A program made the translations under genes and the position numbers. A stretch of DNA of 64,000 nt from Candidatus Dormiibacterota bacterium (GTDB lineage Bacteria > Chloroflexota > Dormibacteria > Aeolococcales > Aeolococcaceae): assembly GCA_963791435.1 (NCBI GenBank), contig CAWBSL010000003.1, positions 289,136 to 353,135 on the forward strand. Direction: 5' to 3'. The notes under the pieces were generated by a model. The model was not told the DNA's origin and searched no databases. It saw only the letters and a list, made by a program, of their open reading frames with translations. Each line of letters starts with the position of its first letter. Positions within the stretch are counted from its first letter, which is position 1. Shown here in pieces: positions 1 to 8,153 of this stretch.

Positions 1-656
1 TCGGTATCGTTGAAACGGGCAAGGAATTTCATGCGGAGAAACGTCGCGCCGCAGCAACCGGAACGGCAGTCGACCCGAAGTTTCGCACCTGGATTGAATG
101 GGAGGTCACCGCCCGGGCTGCCAGGGAAGCCGGCGACGCCATGTGGACGGCCGACATCGAGCAACGCACGCGGTCGCTTGCGGCCCGTGAAACGGATGCG
201 GTGGACTGGGCGCTCATCTTTCTGGAAGCTGGTCCGAGGTGCTTCAGGGCCGGCTACCTGCGCGAGCGGATCCTGCGCTACCTCGCGAGGATGGTCGACC
301 GCTTGAGTGCCGACCAGAAGAGCCGCCTGCGGCCCGTGGCGCTGACAGCCGTCGATGACCCCTGGCGACCCGCCCTGTACGACGCAGTTGAGAGTGCTCG
401 GCGCATGGGACCGTACGGCCAGAAATTTGCCGCCGCGATGGGTCCGCGCCTGGCGTTTATCAAGCAGCGTCAGCTGCCTTTCGCCCAGAGGCGGGAGTTC
501 AAGTGGTTCTGCCGTCTCGCCGGCAAACTCGATGACCCAGACCTCGTGCATGCGCTCGAAGCTCGTGTGGGATCCGACGACCCCGTCGTGGCTCGTCGTG
601 CCGCGCTCATGCTCGGTGCGATCGCTCAAAAACAGGAACCGACCCCGCAGGCCTAA
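1..656 (+). CDS. hypothetical protein, 5'-partial (reading frame open from window start; ORF track start 141)
   Basis: Frame 3 is open from nt 3 with no stop before 656; no recognisable motifs. The alternative ORF 10..306 is Arg/Pro-rich and looks spurious. Confidence 0.35.
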   Translation, partial: GIVETGKEFHAEKRRAAATGTAVDPKFRTWIEWEVTARAAREAGDAMWTADIEQRTRSLAARETDAVDWALIFLEAGPRCFRAGYLRERILRYLARMVDRLSADQKSRLRPVALTAVDDPWRPALYDAVESARRMGPYGQKFAAAMGPRLAFIKQRQLPFAQRREFKWFCRLAGKLDDPDLVHALEARVGSDDPVVARRAALMLGAIAQKQEPTPQA

Positions 657-888
657 ACCGAGACCTGAAGCAGAGCCGGCCGACCCTCAGCATAACGCCG
701 TGCTCCGATGCACAACTGACACGAGTTACGCCGGCCGCGGCCTCCGTTCCAGGTCGGCCGTGGTGGCGACGGTGGTGTTCTTCGTCTGCTTCCTGGCAGG
801 CATCGCCTGGATCGTCTTCGTCGCGATCAACGTGTTCGGAACCAACTAACGCAGACGTCGGCGGTGGCTCGTCCCGAATCGAGCCGTG

Positions 889-1551
889 CTACTGGCCGAC
901 GCGGCCGTCGATGCGCTCACGAATGAGGTCGGCGTGTCCGCAGTGACGTGCGTATTCCTCGATCATGTGGACGAGGACCTCGCGCAGCTGAATCGTGGTG
1001 CCGTCGGACTGCCGGCCGAGCCTACTGAGATCACCGGTCTCGGCGACAAATCGTTCGGCGAAGGCGACCTCCGTATCCAACGCGCCCCACGCTTCAGCCA
1101 CAACCGCGGGGTCGCCGACGGCACCGGTCCACGCACCTTGCGGATCTTCTTCCGACGAGAACCGCCGCGGCGCGACCTCACCAGCCATCACGCGTCGGAA
1201 CCAGGACCGCTCCACGTCCGCCATGTGGCGGATGAGCCCCAGCAACGACATCGTGGACGGGAGCACCGATCTGGTCGCCATCTGCTCTGGGTCAAGATCC
1301 GCACACTTCATCCGCAGCGTCAATCGGTATGCGCGCAAGTAGTCGATGAGGGTCGTGCGCTCGTCTCCGAGCTCGACGCTGGCAAAGCGAGGATCGTTCC
1401 CCGGATCCATCCACATATCGGGATGGACGGTCGACTCCGTCCACCGCGCGGGAACGGACTCGTCGGAGGGATTCTGTGAAGTCACGCCCGTATCTTCTCT
1501 GAACGTCCCGTGGGAGGAGTCTCTGTGGCGGTGATGCGTGTTGACATTCAA
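889..1551 (-). CDS. DinB/DUF664-family (DinB_2-like) metal-dependent four-helix-bundle protein
   Basis: 220-aa ORF; C-terminal HMIEEYARHCGHADLIRERIDG segment typical of DinB_2/DUF664 proteins. Confidence 0.5.
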   Translation of the reverse strand: MNVNTHHRHRDSSHGTFREDTGVTSQNPSDESVPARWTESTVHPDMWMDPGNDPRFASVELGDERTTLIDYLRAYRLTLRMKCADLDPEQMATRSVLPSTMSLLGLIRHMADVERSWFRRVMAGEVAPRRFSSEEDPQGAWTGAVGDPAVVAEAWGALDTEVAFAERFVAETGDLSRLGRQSDGTTIQLREVLVHMIEEYARHCGHADLIRERIDGRVGQ

Positions 1552-1572
1552 TCCCGACGCTGGAAGATGCGG

Positions 1573-1881
1573 TCAGTCGGCCTTCCGTTGAAGTTGCCAT
1601 GCTGCCTCGAAGGCTTCCTCGATGGCACCGGCGTCGCCATTGGCGAGATCCGCGACGACCATCATGTGCTTGACGTATCGAGTTGGCACGCTGAACGTCT
1701 GTGGAGACCGCCGCAGAAGGGACGCGCGGTCGTCGAAATCAGCGCGAATCACCAAGTGCGTGGGATCCAGTTGCCGCGCCACCAGCCTGCCGTGGTATCG
1801 CCACTCAGAAAGCCCCTTCGGAGCCGTGAAGCGAACACCGACCAATGCTTCGGCAATGCGTGCAACGTCACGCATCTCCAC
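1573..1881 (-). CDS. MmcQ/YjbR-family small protein
   Basis: 102 aa; N-terminal MRDVARIAEALVGV...YHGRLVA pattern resembles MmcQ/YjbR proteins. Family assignment is from memory only. Confidence 0.35.
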   Translation of the reverse strand: MEMRDVARIAEALVGVRFTAPKGLSEWRYHGRLVARQLDPTHLVIRADFDDRASLLRRSPQTFSVPTRYVKHMMVVADLANGDAGAIEEAFEAAWQLQRKAD

Positions 1882-1894
1882 GGATGCTGCCTCC

Positions 1895-2332
1895 TTAGTG
1901 ATTCACGTCCGACGTTGCGTCGAGTTCCACAAGAAGCCGTTGCACCCGTTCGTCGATTTCGTCGCGAATGCGCCGGACGACTGGCAACGGCTTGCCGGCG
2001 GGATCCTCGAGCTCCCAGTCGAGGTAACGCTTCCCCGGATAGAAAGGACAGGCGTCGCCACATCCCATCGTGATGACGACATCCGCCGCTCGCACGGCGT
2101 CGTCGGTCAAGGGCTTGGGGAACTCTTTCGAGATGTCGAGTCCGACTTCGCTCATCGCCTCGACGACCGCCGGATTCAAGCGATCGGCGGGCTCAGATCC
2201 GGCCGACCGGACGCGTACTTTCCCGTTCGCCCTGTGGTCGAGCAACGCGGCCGCCATCTGCGAGCGCCCGGCGTTATGGACACACACGAACAGAACTTCA
2301 GGCACGTCCGTCACAAGCTTGCCCTCCACCAT
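1895..2332 (-). CDS. arsC: arsenate reductase, thioredoxin-coupled LMW-PTP type
   Basis: CVHNAGRSQMA P-loop (CX5R) at the N-terminus, ~145 aa, plus DPxG and GCGD motifs typical of LMW-PTP ArsC. Confidence 0.7.
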   Translation of the reverse strand: MVEGKLVTDVPEVLFVCVHNAGRSQMAAALLDHRANGKVRVRSAGSEPADRLNPAVVEAMSEVGLDISKEFPKPLTDDAVRAADVVITMGCGDACPFYPGKRYLDWELEDPAGKPLPVVRRIRDEIDERVQRLLVELDATSDVNH

Positions 2333-2414
2333 GACCGTTGCTACCAGAGATACCTCGTGGCGAAACCGCAGCGCCGAGGACCGCCAAGCCGATCGACCTT
2401 CGCGATCCTAATCG

Positions 2415-2467
2415 TGCCGGGAGAGGGAGTCGAACCCTCACGAGGTTGTCCTCGGCGGTTTTTGAGA
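2415..2467. repeat. attL: 53-bp direct repeat identical to the 3' end of tRNA-Leu(CAA) at 16555..16607
   Basis: Exact 53/53 match tgccgggagagggagtcgaaccctcacgaggttgtcctcggcggtttttgaga; flanks diverge immediately outside. Confidence 0.85.
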
Positions 2468-2690
2468 GCCCGGTCTGAGCGTTTCCGCGTGTCACCGTGG
2501 GGCGTCGCGTATTCGGCGTCCACGATGGCCGTGACTCCGTGTGCTGCTGCGGTGTGCGGGCTGACGGTCGCGTAGGGGTACGCGTAGGGGTCCTATGCCT
2601 CGGATTCCCAGTATTGGCTCCGCCGCGCACCTCGTCGCCGGAGCGCCGACCACACGCGGGGATATTCGAGTGTTAAGCGTTTCGAGGTCC

Positions 2691-3410
2691 TTATGACGTC
2701 TCTGGTCGGGCGAAGCTATCTCGCGCTTGAATATCAGTCGGCGGCTCCATCCTTCCGTCGCGGATGGCCAGATGGACGTCACATCGGGCATTCACCGCTG
2801 GGTCGTGGGTGGCGACTATTACCGTGGCGCCGGTTCGTGCATGCAGCTCGATGAGGAGCTCGACAATTGTGTCGCCGGTCGCAGAGTCGAGGTTCCCGGT
2901 GGGCTCATCCGCAAGCAGCAACGGTGGACTGACGATGAGCGCCCGCGCAATTGCGACCCGCTGCTGCTCACCACCAGACAGCTCCGACGGCAACGCATCA
3001 CCTCGGTCGCCCAGGCCCACCTGCTCAAGGAGTTCGAGCGCTCGACGCTGCAATGCCTTCCCGGCTTCGTAGGGAAGCAGCGGCGCTGCTACATTGTCAG
3101 CTGCCGTCAATGCGGGCAACAGGTGAAATCGTTGGAACACGAACCCCACCTTGCGCCGGTAGGTGACCAGCTTCCGAGGCGGCAGTTCGTCGAGCTGCGT
3201 CTCTCCCACCCTCAAGGTGCCCGACGTGAGGATGTCCATGCCACCGATCACGTGCAGCAGCGTGGACTTCCCCGATCCCGACGGACCAGTGATCGCCACC
3301 AATGACCCAGCAGCGATGTCGATGTCAACGTGGTCCAGTGCCGTCTGCGACCGCTCGCCGGCAGGATATTCGCGCGCCAGCCCACGTCCGGTGATCGCGA
3401 CGCCCGGCAT
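2691..3410 (-). CDS. ABC transporter ATP-binding protein (MacB/LolD/FtsE-like), island copy
   Basis: Walker A GPSGSGKST, signature LSGGEQQRVAIARAL, Walker B LLLADEPTGNLD; ~90% identical to 39096..39815. Confidence 0.85.
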   Translation of the reverse strand: MPGVAITGRGLAREYPAGERSQTALDHVDIDIAAGSLVAITGPSGSGKSTLLHVIGGMDILTSGTLRVGETQLDELPPRKLVTYRRKVGFVFQRFHLLPALTAADNVAAPLLPYEAGKALQRRALELLEQVGLGDRGDALPSELSGGEQQRVAIARALIVSPPLLLADEPTGNLDSATGDTIVELLIELHARTGATVIVATHDPAVNARCDVHLAIRDGRMEPPTDIQARDSFARPETS

Positions 3411-3413
3411 TGG

Positions 3414-5810
3414 TCAGTCCTCCGCCAGCGCTGCTGCGGGTGCCGTCTGCGATGCCCGCCAGGCAGGAATCATCAGCACCGCACCCACCAGGGCAAGTCC
3501 GATCATTGCGGCCAATATCGCCGAAGGCGCAACCGCTACTGCCGATCCCGTCAAGATTGCCGCGAGCCCAAGCCCAACCGCACCGCCGGCGATAGCACCC
3601 ACCACGCCGACCATCATGCCTTCCGTGAAGGCGAGACGGAAGAGCGTCGCGGGCCGCCATCCCGTGGCTGCCAGCACCGCCTGCTCCCCAGCACGATCGC
3701 GCAGGTTCACCGCAAGCACATCTGCGACGCTGAACGCGCCAAGCAGAAGCGCCAGAACCGCTGCAATCAGGTCCACGCTGCGCACCTGGAGACTCACCAG
3801 GTTGCCCAGTGCAGTCCCAACGACCTGGCCTTGAAATGCCAGTTGCACGGCGAGTAACAGCGCGAACGCCGCGACGCCGATGAACAACCCGAGCGCACCG
3901 GTGATCAAGCGCGAGGGACGGCGCAGCAGATTCGCACGCGCGATCCCAGAGACCTGCCGGACCGCACGGTGACGTCCGCCACCACCCGGCACGGAGTACA
4001 CCGCATCAAGCGGACGGCCGCGCGTCGCCGCATACGCAGGCGCGAGACCGGCAACGCACGCGAGGCCAAGGGCGATCGGCACCACCAGAAGTGCATGCCA
4101 CCAGGGCAGGTCAAGGCGCAGGGCCAGCGCCAGTATTTCGGCTAACGCTGCGCCAATCACACCCGTGACCATACCGACCAGGGCAAGCTCGCCCAGCACG
4201 AGTCCGAAGAGAGCTGCCCGACCCCATCCGAGACACGCCAGCACTCCGAGTTCGGTGCGTCGCGAGCGTACGCTCGCGTAGGCGCCGTTGGCGAGAAACA
4301 GTACGCAGACAACAAGCACGAGCACAAAGAGCACCAGGCTCTTCGCATCAACCGCGTTCAGCACCACGAGTGCTGCGCCCTTGCGCACCCAGCCTTCTGC
4401 CACGGTGAGCGCCGGCTCGCCGCAGCACCCGGCCGGAAGATCGACGTCAATGGTGGTGGGTGACGATCCTGCGGTGATGTCGACCTGCAAACCGGTCGCC
4501 TTCTTGATCGCTGTCGCTACCGCGAGGATGCGAGCGCGATCGATCGGCTCGAAGCCATGCACATTTGCCACTCGGACGCGAATCGCACTGATGGGAGCGG
4601 CGGTGTCCGTGTTGGCGTAGCGGGCGCAAGGTTCGCCGGGAGCGTTCACATAGCAAGAGTTGGAGAGCATCTGTTCAGCCGCTGTCAGGCTCGTGAGCAG
4701 AAGCGGCGGCTGAGCCACGTAGCCGCCTAGGTTCATCGTCGGTCCAAGTGGTCGATTGTCGAGCGCCTTTCTCGACGCGGCATTCGCACCGGTCACAACA
4801 GGCGGGTAGTACGTCTCCAGCGGCACCGCGCTCAGCGGGCTGAACCCGGGCAGCTTGTCCGGATCGAACCGCCCAACCTCATCGAGTCCCACAAAGCCTA
4901 TATGGAGGGTGTTCAGATTGTAGATGTCGTTGCCGCGGTGCAATGTAAGCCCACGGAACTGAGTGTCCTGGTTCCCAGGGGGCGCCAGCGTAAATGGCGG
5001 TTGGCCTGTCGGGTCCGAGTTCCAAATGCTGGCCGGATTACTCGTCGGAACCGCAATCAGTCCATTCGGGCCGGAGCGGTACTCGACCTGTGAGGTCGTC
5101 CAGTAGTTGTCCGACCCGCCGCCCTCGTCGAAGCCGTAGCCCGCGCTTCCACGTCCCGTCGACTGCATGCCGGCAAGGGCGTTCAGCGCGGCTGTGTAGC
5201 CGCTTTGCGCCGAAACGGCTCGCTGGGCCACGCTGGCACCGCCAAGACTTCCCAAGAAAGAACTCACTACGCCAGCGGTGGTGTTGGACAGTGCCGTCGC
5301 CACGTCGACCCCTGGCGGGAGGTTCAGACGCTGGATGCTCGCAGTCAGCGACTGGTCGAGGAACGTGCGCGACGAGGCGATCACGGGAAGGTCATCCTCA
5401 ATGACGTCCCCCGGCGCCTGCTGGGCCGGCGTGATCAGCCCCTGCAACTCAGATAGATACTGTCCCGCCACCAGGGTGTGTTGCAGGCCGACCAGCTTCG
5501 CTTCCTGCACCGGATCGACGGCGGACAGCAGCACGGGAAAGTTGAAAGCGATGGCGACGCCCGGCTGCGGACCCACCCCCAGGTCGGCGCCCGATCCGAC
5601 TGACGGAGTCTTTCCTGAGAAGCATTCGATAGCGCCGCCAACCGCGCTATCGAGTGGGCCGGTTGGCGCGTTTCCAAGCGCGTTTGCACACACCTGTGCC
5701 AGCGTCGCCTGGCCGGGTATCGCTTCGCCGAATGACGCCTCCGGCCCATGCGGCAGTTGGGGGTTGTAGTTGGGAAGCCGCATGAAGGCATCGCTCGGCG
5801 TGTAGTACAC
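3414..5810 (-). CDS. FtsX/MacB-like ABC permease, C-terminal ~800 aa (extracytoplasmic domain plus FtsX TM bundle); N-terminus displaced by frameshifts
   Basis: The C-terminal TM region is ~80% identical to the chromosomal paralog 36294..39092. The reading frame stays open upstream to ~5925 and is homologous there (YVYYTPSDAF vs YVYITRNAMAP). Confidence 0.6.
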   Translation of the reverse strand: MYYTPSDAFMRLPNYNPQLPHGPEASFGEAIPGQATLAQVCANALGNAPTGPLDSAVGGAIECFSGKTPSVGSGADLGVGPQPGVAIAFNFPVLLSAVDPVQEAKLVGLQHTLVAGQYLSELQGLITPAQQAPGDVIEDDLPVIASSRTFLDQSLTASIQRLNLPPGVDVATALSNTTAGVVSSFLGSLGGASVAQRAVSAQSGYTAALNALAGMQSTGRGSAGYGFDEGGGSDNYWTTSQVEYRSGPNGLIAVPTSNPASIWNSDPTGQPPFTLAPPGNQDTQFRGLTLHRGNDIYNLNTLHIGFVGLDEVGRFDPDKLPGFSPLSAVPLETYYPPVVTGANAASRKALDNRPLGPTMNLGGYVAQPPLLLTSLTAAEQMLSNSCYVNAPGEPCARYANTDTAAPISAIRVRVANVHGFEPIDRARILAVATAIKKATGLQVDITAGSSPTTIDVDLPAGCCGEPALTVAEGWVRKGAALVVLNAVDAKSLVLFVLVLVVCVLFLANGAYASVRSRRTELGVLACLGWGRAALFGLVLGELALVGMVTGVIGAALAEILALALRLDLPWWHALLVVPIALGLACVAGLAPAYAATRGRPLDAVYSVPGGGGRHRAVRQVSGIARANLLRRPSRLITGALGLFIGVAAFALLLAVQLAFQGQVVGTALGNLVSLQVRSVDLIAAVLALLLGAFSVADVLAVNLRDRAGEQAVLAATGWRPATLFRLAFTEGMMVGVVGAIAGGAVGLGLAAILTGSAVAVAPSAILAAMIGLALVGAVLMIPAWRASQTAPAAALAED

Positions 5811-6297
5811 GTAGTCGGCACCACCGGGATATACCGAGGCGCCGTTGGCCGCTTTCCAGGAAAGGCTGACTCTGGAAGAGTTGATGCGCGGCTGACGTGA
5901 TCGCCGATCCGATTGGGATCGTCACTGTCGCCGACAGGAACACGTAGCCGATGTTCGCGATCGGTGCGGCCACGGCCACACCCTGGAGCGACTCGATCCG
6001 CTGCCATTGCGCCAAGCTGATTCCGCCGAAGGTATCTGCGAGGTAGTTGTCCCGAACCAAGTTGCTCTGAGTCTCGACAGCGTTGGCCGCACCTTTCGGA
6101 CGTACCAGAATGTCGTAGGCTGGCCGCGCAGCCGCATCGACGGTGCCATGGACCGCCAGTTCACTCGTCGAGGCAGCGGCGGTGAGCAAGGAGAAGCTCA
6201 CCGCCGCGACCACGATGCCTGCTCCCAGAGCGATCGAGCGATCACGGCGCGATCGGACCTGCTGCCCAATCATCCGCCAAAGTCTCCTCGAGACCAT
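5647..6297 (-). pseudogene. N-terminal fragment of the same FtsX-like permease (separate frame); gene 3414..6297 is interrupted by at least two frameshifts near 5990 and 5865
   Basis: MVSRRLWRMIGQQVRSRRDRS...VAVAAPIANIGY aligns to the N-terminus of the intact paralog (MASKGMWRVIGRQVRSRRDRS...VTVAAPIAILGY). Homology then moves to the 5435..6007 frame (RVPVGDSDDPNRIGDH vs RVSVERVTDDGLTRQTDAP, and LPESAFP vs chromosomal LPESVFP), then to the 3414..5810 frame. Confidence 0.5.
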
Positions 6298-6450
6298 GTC
6301 TTTATGATGAACCGGTGGGATATGGAATGACGGTCAACGTGGCGCTGCAACCCACCGACGATCGCTTTCAGTGCATCGGCATAGCATTTTCGATGTATCG
6401 ACTTGGCCCATCAGCTGCTCGACGCGCTTGAGGCGAAACGCAACTGCCGC

Positions 6451-6479
6451 TTGACAGTTGGTCCCCAGAGTGCTACTAC
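6451..6479 (+). promoter_or_regulatory. candidate sigma70-type promoter for the precursor-peptide operon (TTGACA, 17-nt spacer, TACTAC)
   Basis: Consensus -35 hexamer TTGACA at 6451-6456 and a -10-like TACTAC 17 nt downstream, ~30 nt upstream of a GGAGGG RBS and ATG 6512, in a 160-bp divergent intergenic region. Confidence 0.35.
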
Positions 6480-6511
6480 CTCGTCAGGTCAATTCATGGA
6501 GGGCATCGAGC

Positions 6512-6709
6512 ATGGCGCACCTCGTCTCTAAGCTGGCTGACCGAGTCCTCGCTACCGTTTTGCCCGAAAGGAGCGCAGGGGCGCCCTGCATGCCATTCTG
6601 TGTGTGCGTTAAGGACAGTAGCTGTTCCGCCCCGGCTTGTGCAAATCGCTGCATCAACTCTTTCTGCCACACCACGTACATCTGCCACGATGGTTGCACA
6701 ACGTGCTAG
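6512..6709 (+). CDS. Cys-rich RiPP/bacteriocin-like precursor peptide (65 aa: 24-aa leader plus 41-aa core with 10 Cys)
   Basis: MAHLVSKLADRVLATVLPERSAGA / PCMPFCVCVKDSSCSAPACANRCINSFCHTTYICHDGCTTC; GGAGGG RBS 7 nt upstream of the ATG; no Sec-type signal; first gene of a co-directional operon with redox, export and peptidase genes. Confidence 0.6.
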   Translation: MAHLVSKLADRVLATVLPERSAGAPCMPFCVCVKDSSCSAPACANRCINSFCHTTYICHDGCTTC

Positions 6710-7040
6710 TAGACGACGTTCCGGCAGCAAATACTTAAGTAGCAACCGGCATCGCTTTCATTAGGTACAGTCCGGCGCCCTGGCGGATGATGAGTTGCGA
6801 GGTGCCTCGTCTTTCCTCAGTTCCGGTCGGCGTATGACGCGGCCCATGCTCCGCCGCCGCGCGCGCTGCACCTGTGGCATCCGACCACGCTGGAATGGGA
6901 TTGCGAGTTGAAGCACGCATTAGCAGCGCCGCGACTACTTGTGGCTTAGTCGAGCGGGTGAGTGCTTCACACGAAGGCACTGGTAGATACCTGGTACATA
7001 GAATGTCTCCGACAGATAAGAAGCGACGAGCGAGCGAGCG

Positions 7041-7562
7041 ATGCTTCCATATCTGACCATGTCGTGCAGGCTTCTCCTCGGCCTCGTCTTCCTCGTGTCA
7101 GCGGTGACCAAGCTGCGCACTGGCGCGACGCGGCGGGAGTTTGTGCTCTCTGTACGCGCACTTCTGGGCTACGAGCGGGCACTCTCCGTAATCCTTGCTA
7201 CCGCGTCGGTAGCCGCGGAACTTGTGATCGTAGTGCTCCTGACGCTGCCCAGCACCATGGCGTTCGGCTTCGTCACCGCGGCGCTTCTCCTCGTGGCATA
7301 CGCAGTTGTGCTTGGCCGTGCCCTCAAACGCGGTGTTCGGGCGCCGTGCCAGTGTATCGGCTCATCGACGGCCCCGATCCGTGCGTGGCTCATCGCTAGA
7401 AACATCGGCCTAGTCCTGGTCAGCCTCATAGGCCTTGCGGGTATACACTCAGAGCCTCAAATCCAAGTGTCAACCGGTTTGGCAGCGAGCATCGCGATAG
7501 CGATCTTTGGCGTCATCGTCGTCGCTTCCTTCGACGACTTCCTCTACCTTGTCGAGGGTTAG
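7041..7562 (+). CDS. MauE/DoxX-like polytopic membrane protein, putative disulfide-bond-formation (thiol oxidase/quinone-coupled) component
   Basis: 173 aa, ~4 predicted TM helices, CQC motif in a loop; architecture resembles MauE, which is required for disulfide formation in the methylamine dehydrogenase small subunit. Stop/start abut the next gene (7562/7565). Confidence 0.5.
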   Translation: MLPYLTMSCRLLLGLVFLVSAVTKLRTGATRREFVLSVRALLGYERALSVILATASVAAELVIVVLLTLPSTMAFGFVTAALLLVAYAVVLGRALKRGVRAPCQCIGSSTAPIRAWLIARNIGLVLVSLIGLAGIHSEPQIQVSTGLAASIAIAIFGVIVVASFDDFLYLVEG

Positions 7563-7564
7563 CC

Positions 7565-8128
7565 ATGGCAGTCGGAACGCTTGCCCTCGCCGCAATCGCC
7601 GTAGCAGTAAGTCTCTTTAGCCTCTTGCTCAATCTAGGGGTAGTGAGGCGACTCCGCGAATATTCCGCGCACTCCGGGGCATTTCCGGGCTTTGACTCGG
7701 GACCTCGTCCCGGGGCAGTGCTACCCGACTTTACCGCGAATACCACCGTCGGCTCTGCGATTAGCGCGACGGCGTTTGCGAACGGCGATGGGTACATCGC
7801 GTTCCTCTCAGCGTCATGCGAAGCCTGCAAGTCCCAATTCCCACTTCTCGCGCACTACGCTGACGCAGCAAGCATAGATCGGCTCCACTCTCTCGTGGTC
7901 GTGGCGGGTGATCCGAGGGGCGATAGCCTCTACGCGCGCGATGCGACACGCTTTGCGCAGGTTGTCCTCGAAGACGGATCGCTGGTAAGCGCCTTCGATA
8001 TCCGCGGCTTTCCTACACTCGTTGGTGTGCGCGATGGTCGGGTGGTCGTGAGCGCACCCTTAGTCGAGGCGCTCTACCAAACGAACACGAAGCAAGAGAG
8101 TGCCCACGCGGGTTCAGCGCGCTCCTAA
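7565..8128 (+). CDS. membrane-anchored thioredoxin-fold thiol:disulfide oxidoreductase (TlpA/ResA/DsbE-like)
   Basis: N-terminal TM anchor (LALAAIAVAVSLFSLLLNL) followed by a thioredoxin-like domain with a CEAC CxxC active site (FLSASCEACKS). Confidence 0.6.
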   Translation: MAVGTLALAAIAVAVSLFSLLLNLGVVRRLREYSAHSGAFPGFDSGPRPGAVLPDFTANTTVGSAISATAFANGDGYIAFLSASCEACKSQFPLLAHYADAASIDRLHSLVVVAGDPRGDSLYARDATRFAQVVLEDGSLVSAFDIRGFPTLVGVRDGRVVVSAPLVEALYQTNTKQESAHAGSARS

Positions 8129-8153
8129 TCTCGGATCGCGGTTGGCACTGGCG

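Noticed and set aside
10-849. ORFs 10..306 and 355..849 (the latter ending in a hydrophobic VVATVVFFVCFLAGIAWIVFVAINVFGTN tail)
   Set aside because: Both are Arg/Pro-rich alternate frames of the partial CDS 1..656. The ~29-aa hydrophobic tail could be a tiny membrane peptide, but there is no RBS or start support.
6458-6511. Upstream TTG start extending the precursor peptide to 83 aa
   Set aside because: The TTG at 6458 overlaps the -35/-10 promoter candidate and has no RBS, whereas ATG 6512 has a GGAGGG 7 nt upstream.
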